From Diadema antillarum (taxonomy: Eukaryota), in assembly GCF_040938485.1 (NCBI RefSeq), contig NW_027271416.1:62001-126000 (forward strand): DNA of 64,000 bases, read 5' to 3'. The position numbers and the translations under genes are program-made. Positions 63,350-64,000 of this stretch are shown here, one piece after another; position 1 is the first letter of the stretch; each line of letters begins with the position of its first letter. Below the pieces are notes generated by a model. It had not been told where the DNA came from. It made no database searches and saw nothing but the letters and a program-made list of their open reading frames with translations.

Positions 63350-64000
63350 ATGCAATTCTTTAATTGGTATTTGTGGGAATGAGTAAAATTTGTGGGAATT
63401 GTTGAGTGATAAAGCAATTAAATCCTTGACACCAGGGGAAAGTAACTCATGCAACAAAAGAAAGAGAACAAGGAAGAGGACGAGGACATCGTCATAAAAA
63501 TTTACGGATACAAACATCCCGAGGTGTTAATACTCAGTTCATACATCTCTGCCCATTACAAGCTTATTCACGCGCTAGTATAACTGTGTCTATATGGTTT
63601 ACAAAGTATTACCAATTTTAACTCTGCTCATGTTTCTAAAATGTTGTTGTCATGTTAACAACTTTCGGGGACTCAAATTTGTTGAAATGCATCTTAAGGA
63701 AGGGAATATGTCTAACATCATTATTTCATGAACCAATTAGCTGCACATGACAACAAGCGTTCTTTTAGTAAATTTGTCACTTATCTGCATACACTATAAA
63801 AAAGTTCAAAAATAACCATGAATAGCATGCACGTCTCTCTTGTGTTTCAGTCGTTTAAGTTATGAGGAGGACGTGATTGAGCAAGCCACTGTTAATACAG
63901 TAAAAAGGGAAGTTCTAAGGAGGTCTGACATGTACCAAGTTCTACTCATGTCTCCCAATTCCTCAAACGTCGATCGTTCTACACTAATTTCGGATAAGTC

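Larger units (their letters stand above)
3661..64000 (-). repeat. Tandem segmental-duplication array of a TRIM gene plus homeobox-remnant unit (4 complete units and 1 partial)
   Basis: Collinear non-coding landmarks recur in each unit, e.g. GTGGAGCTACAAAAC, CTGAAAATCACAGC, (CA)n-ACGGAGACATGG and GATGAGACACAAA. Periods are 10597, 9691, 16632 and 18123 bp; the two long ones are explained by the ~8 kb homeobox block and the 7.8 kb LTR element. Confidence 0.92.

Overview
Eukaryotic, intron-containing genomic DNA, most likely from a sea urchin or other echinoderm (inferred from the homeobox genes). The window is a head-to-tail tandem array of a ~8.4-10.6 kb unit; the landmark GTGGAGMTRCAAAAC recurs at 3661, 14258, 23949, 40581 and 58704. 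Each unit carries a minus-strand TRIM gene with its whole CDS in one exon: RING, two B-boxes, coiled coil and an NHL-like beta-propeller. Three copies are intact (15776-17626, 41808-43652, 60637-62493) and two are pseudogenes (4385-5929, 25156-26887). Interleaved on the same strand is a family of pmar1/micro1-like Q50 PRD-class homeobox sequences. These are one intact two-exon gene (34887-36020), one gene with a late nonsense codon (30152-31298), three orphan exon-1 pseudo-copies sitting just upstream of the predicted TRIM leader exons, and one heavily decayed fragment. Unit-specific insertions include a young, internally deleted BEL/Pao LTR retrotransposon with 1804-bp LTRs, a tRNA-derived SINE, several MITEs (two nested) and LINE-like 3' tails. 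Three different elements hit the same ~45-bp site in three different units. There is one 157-N assembly gap. All alignments were done by eye; no database search was run.
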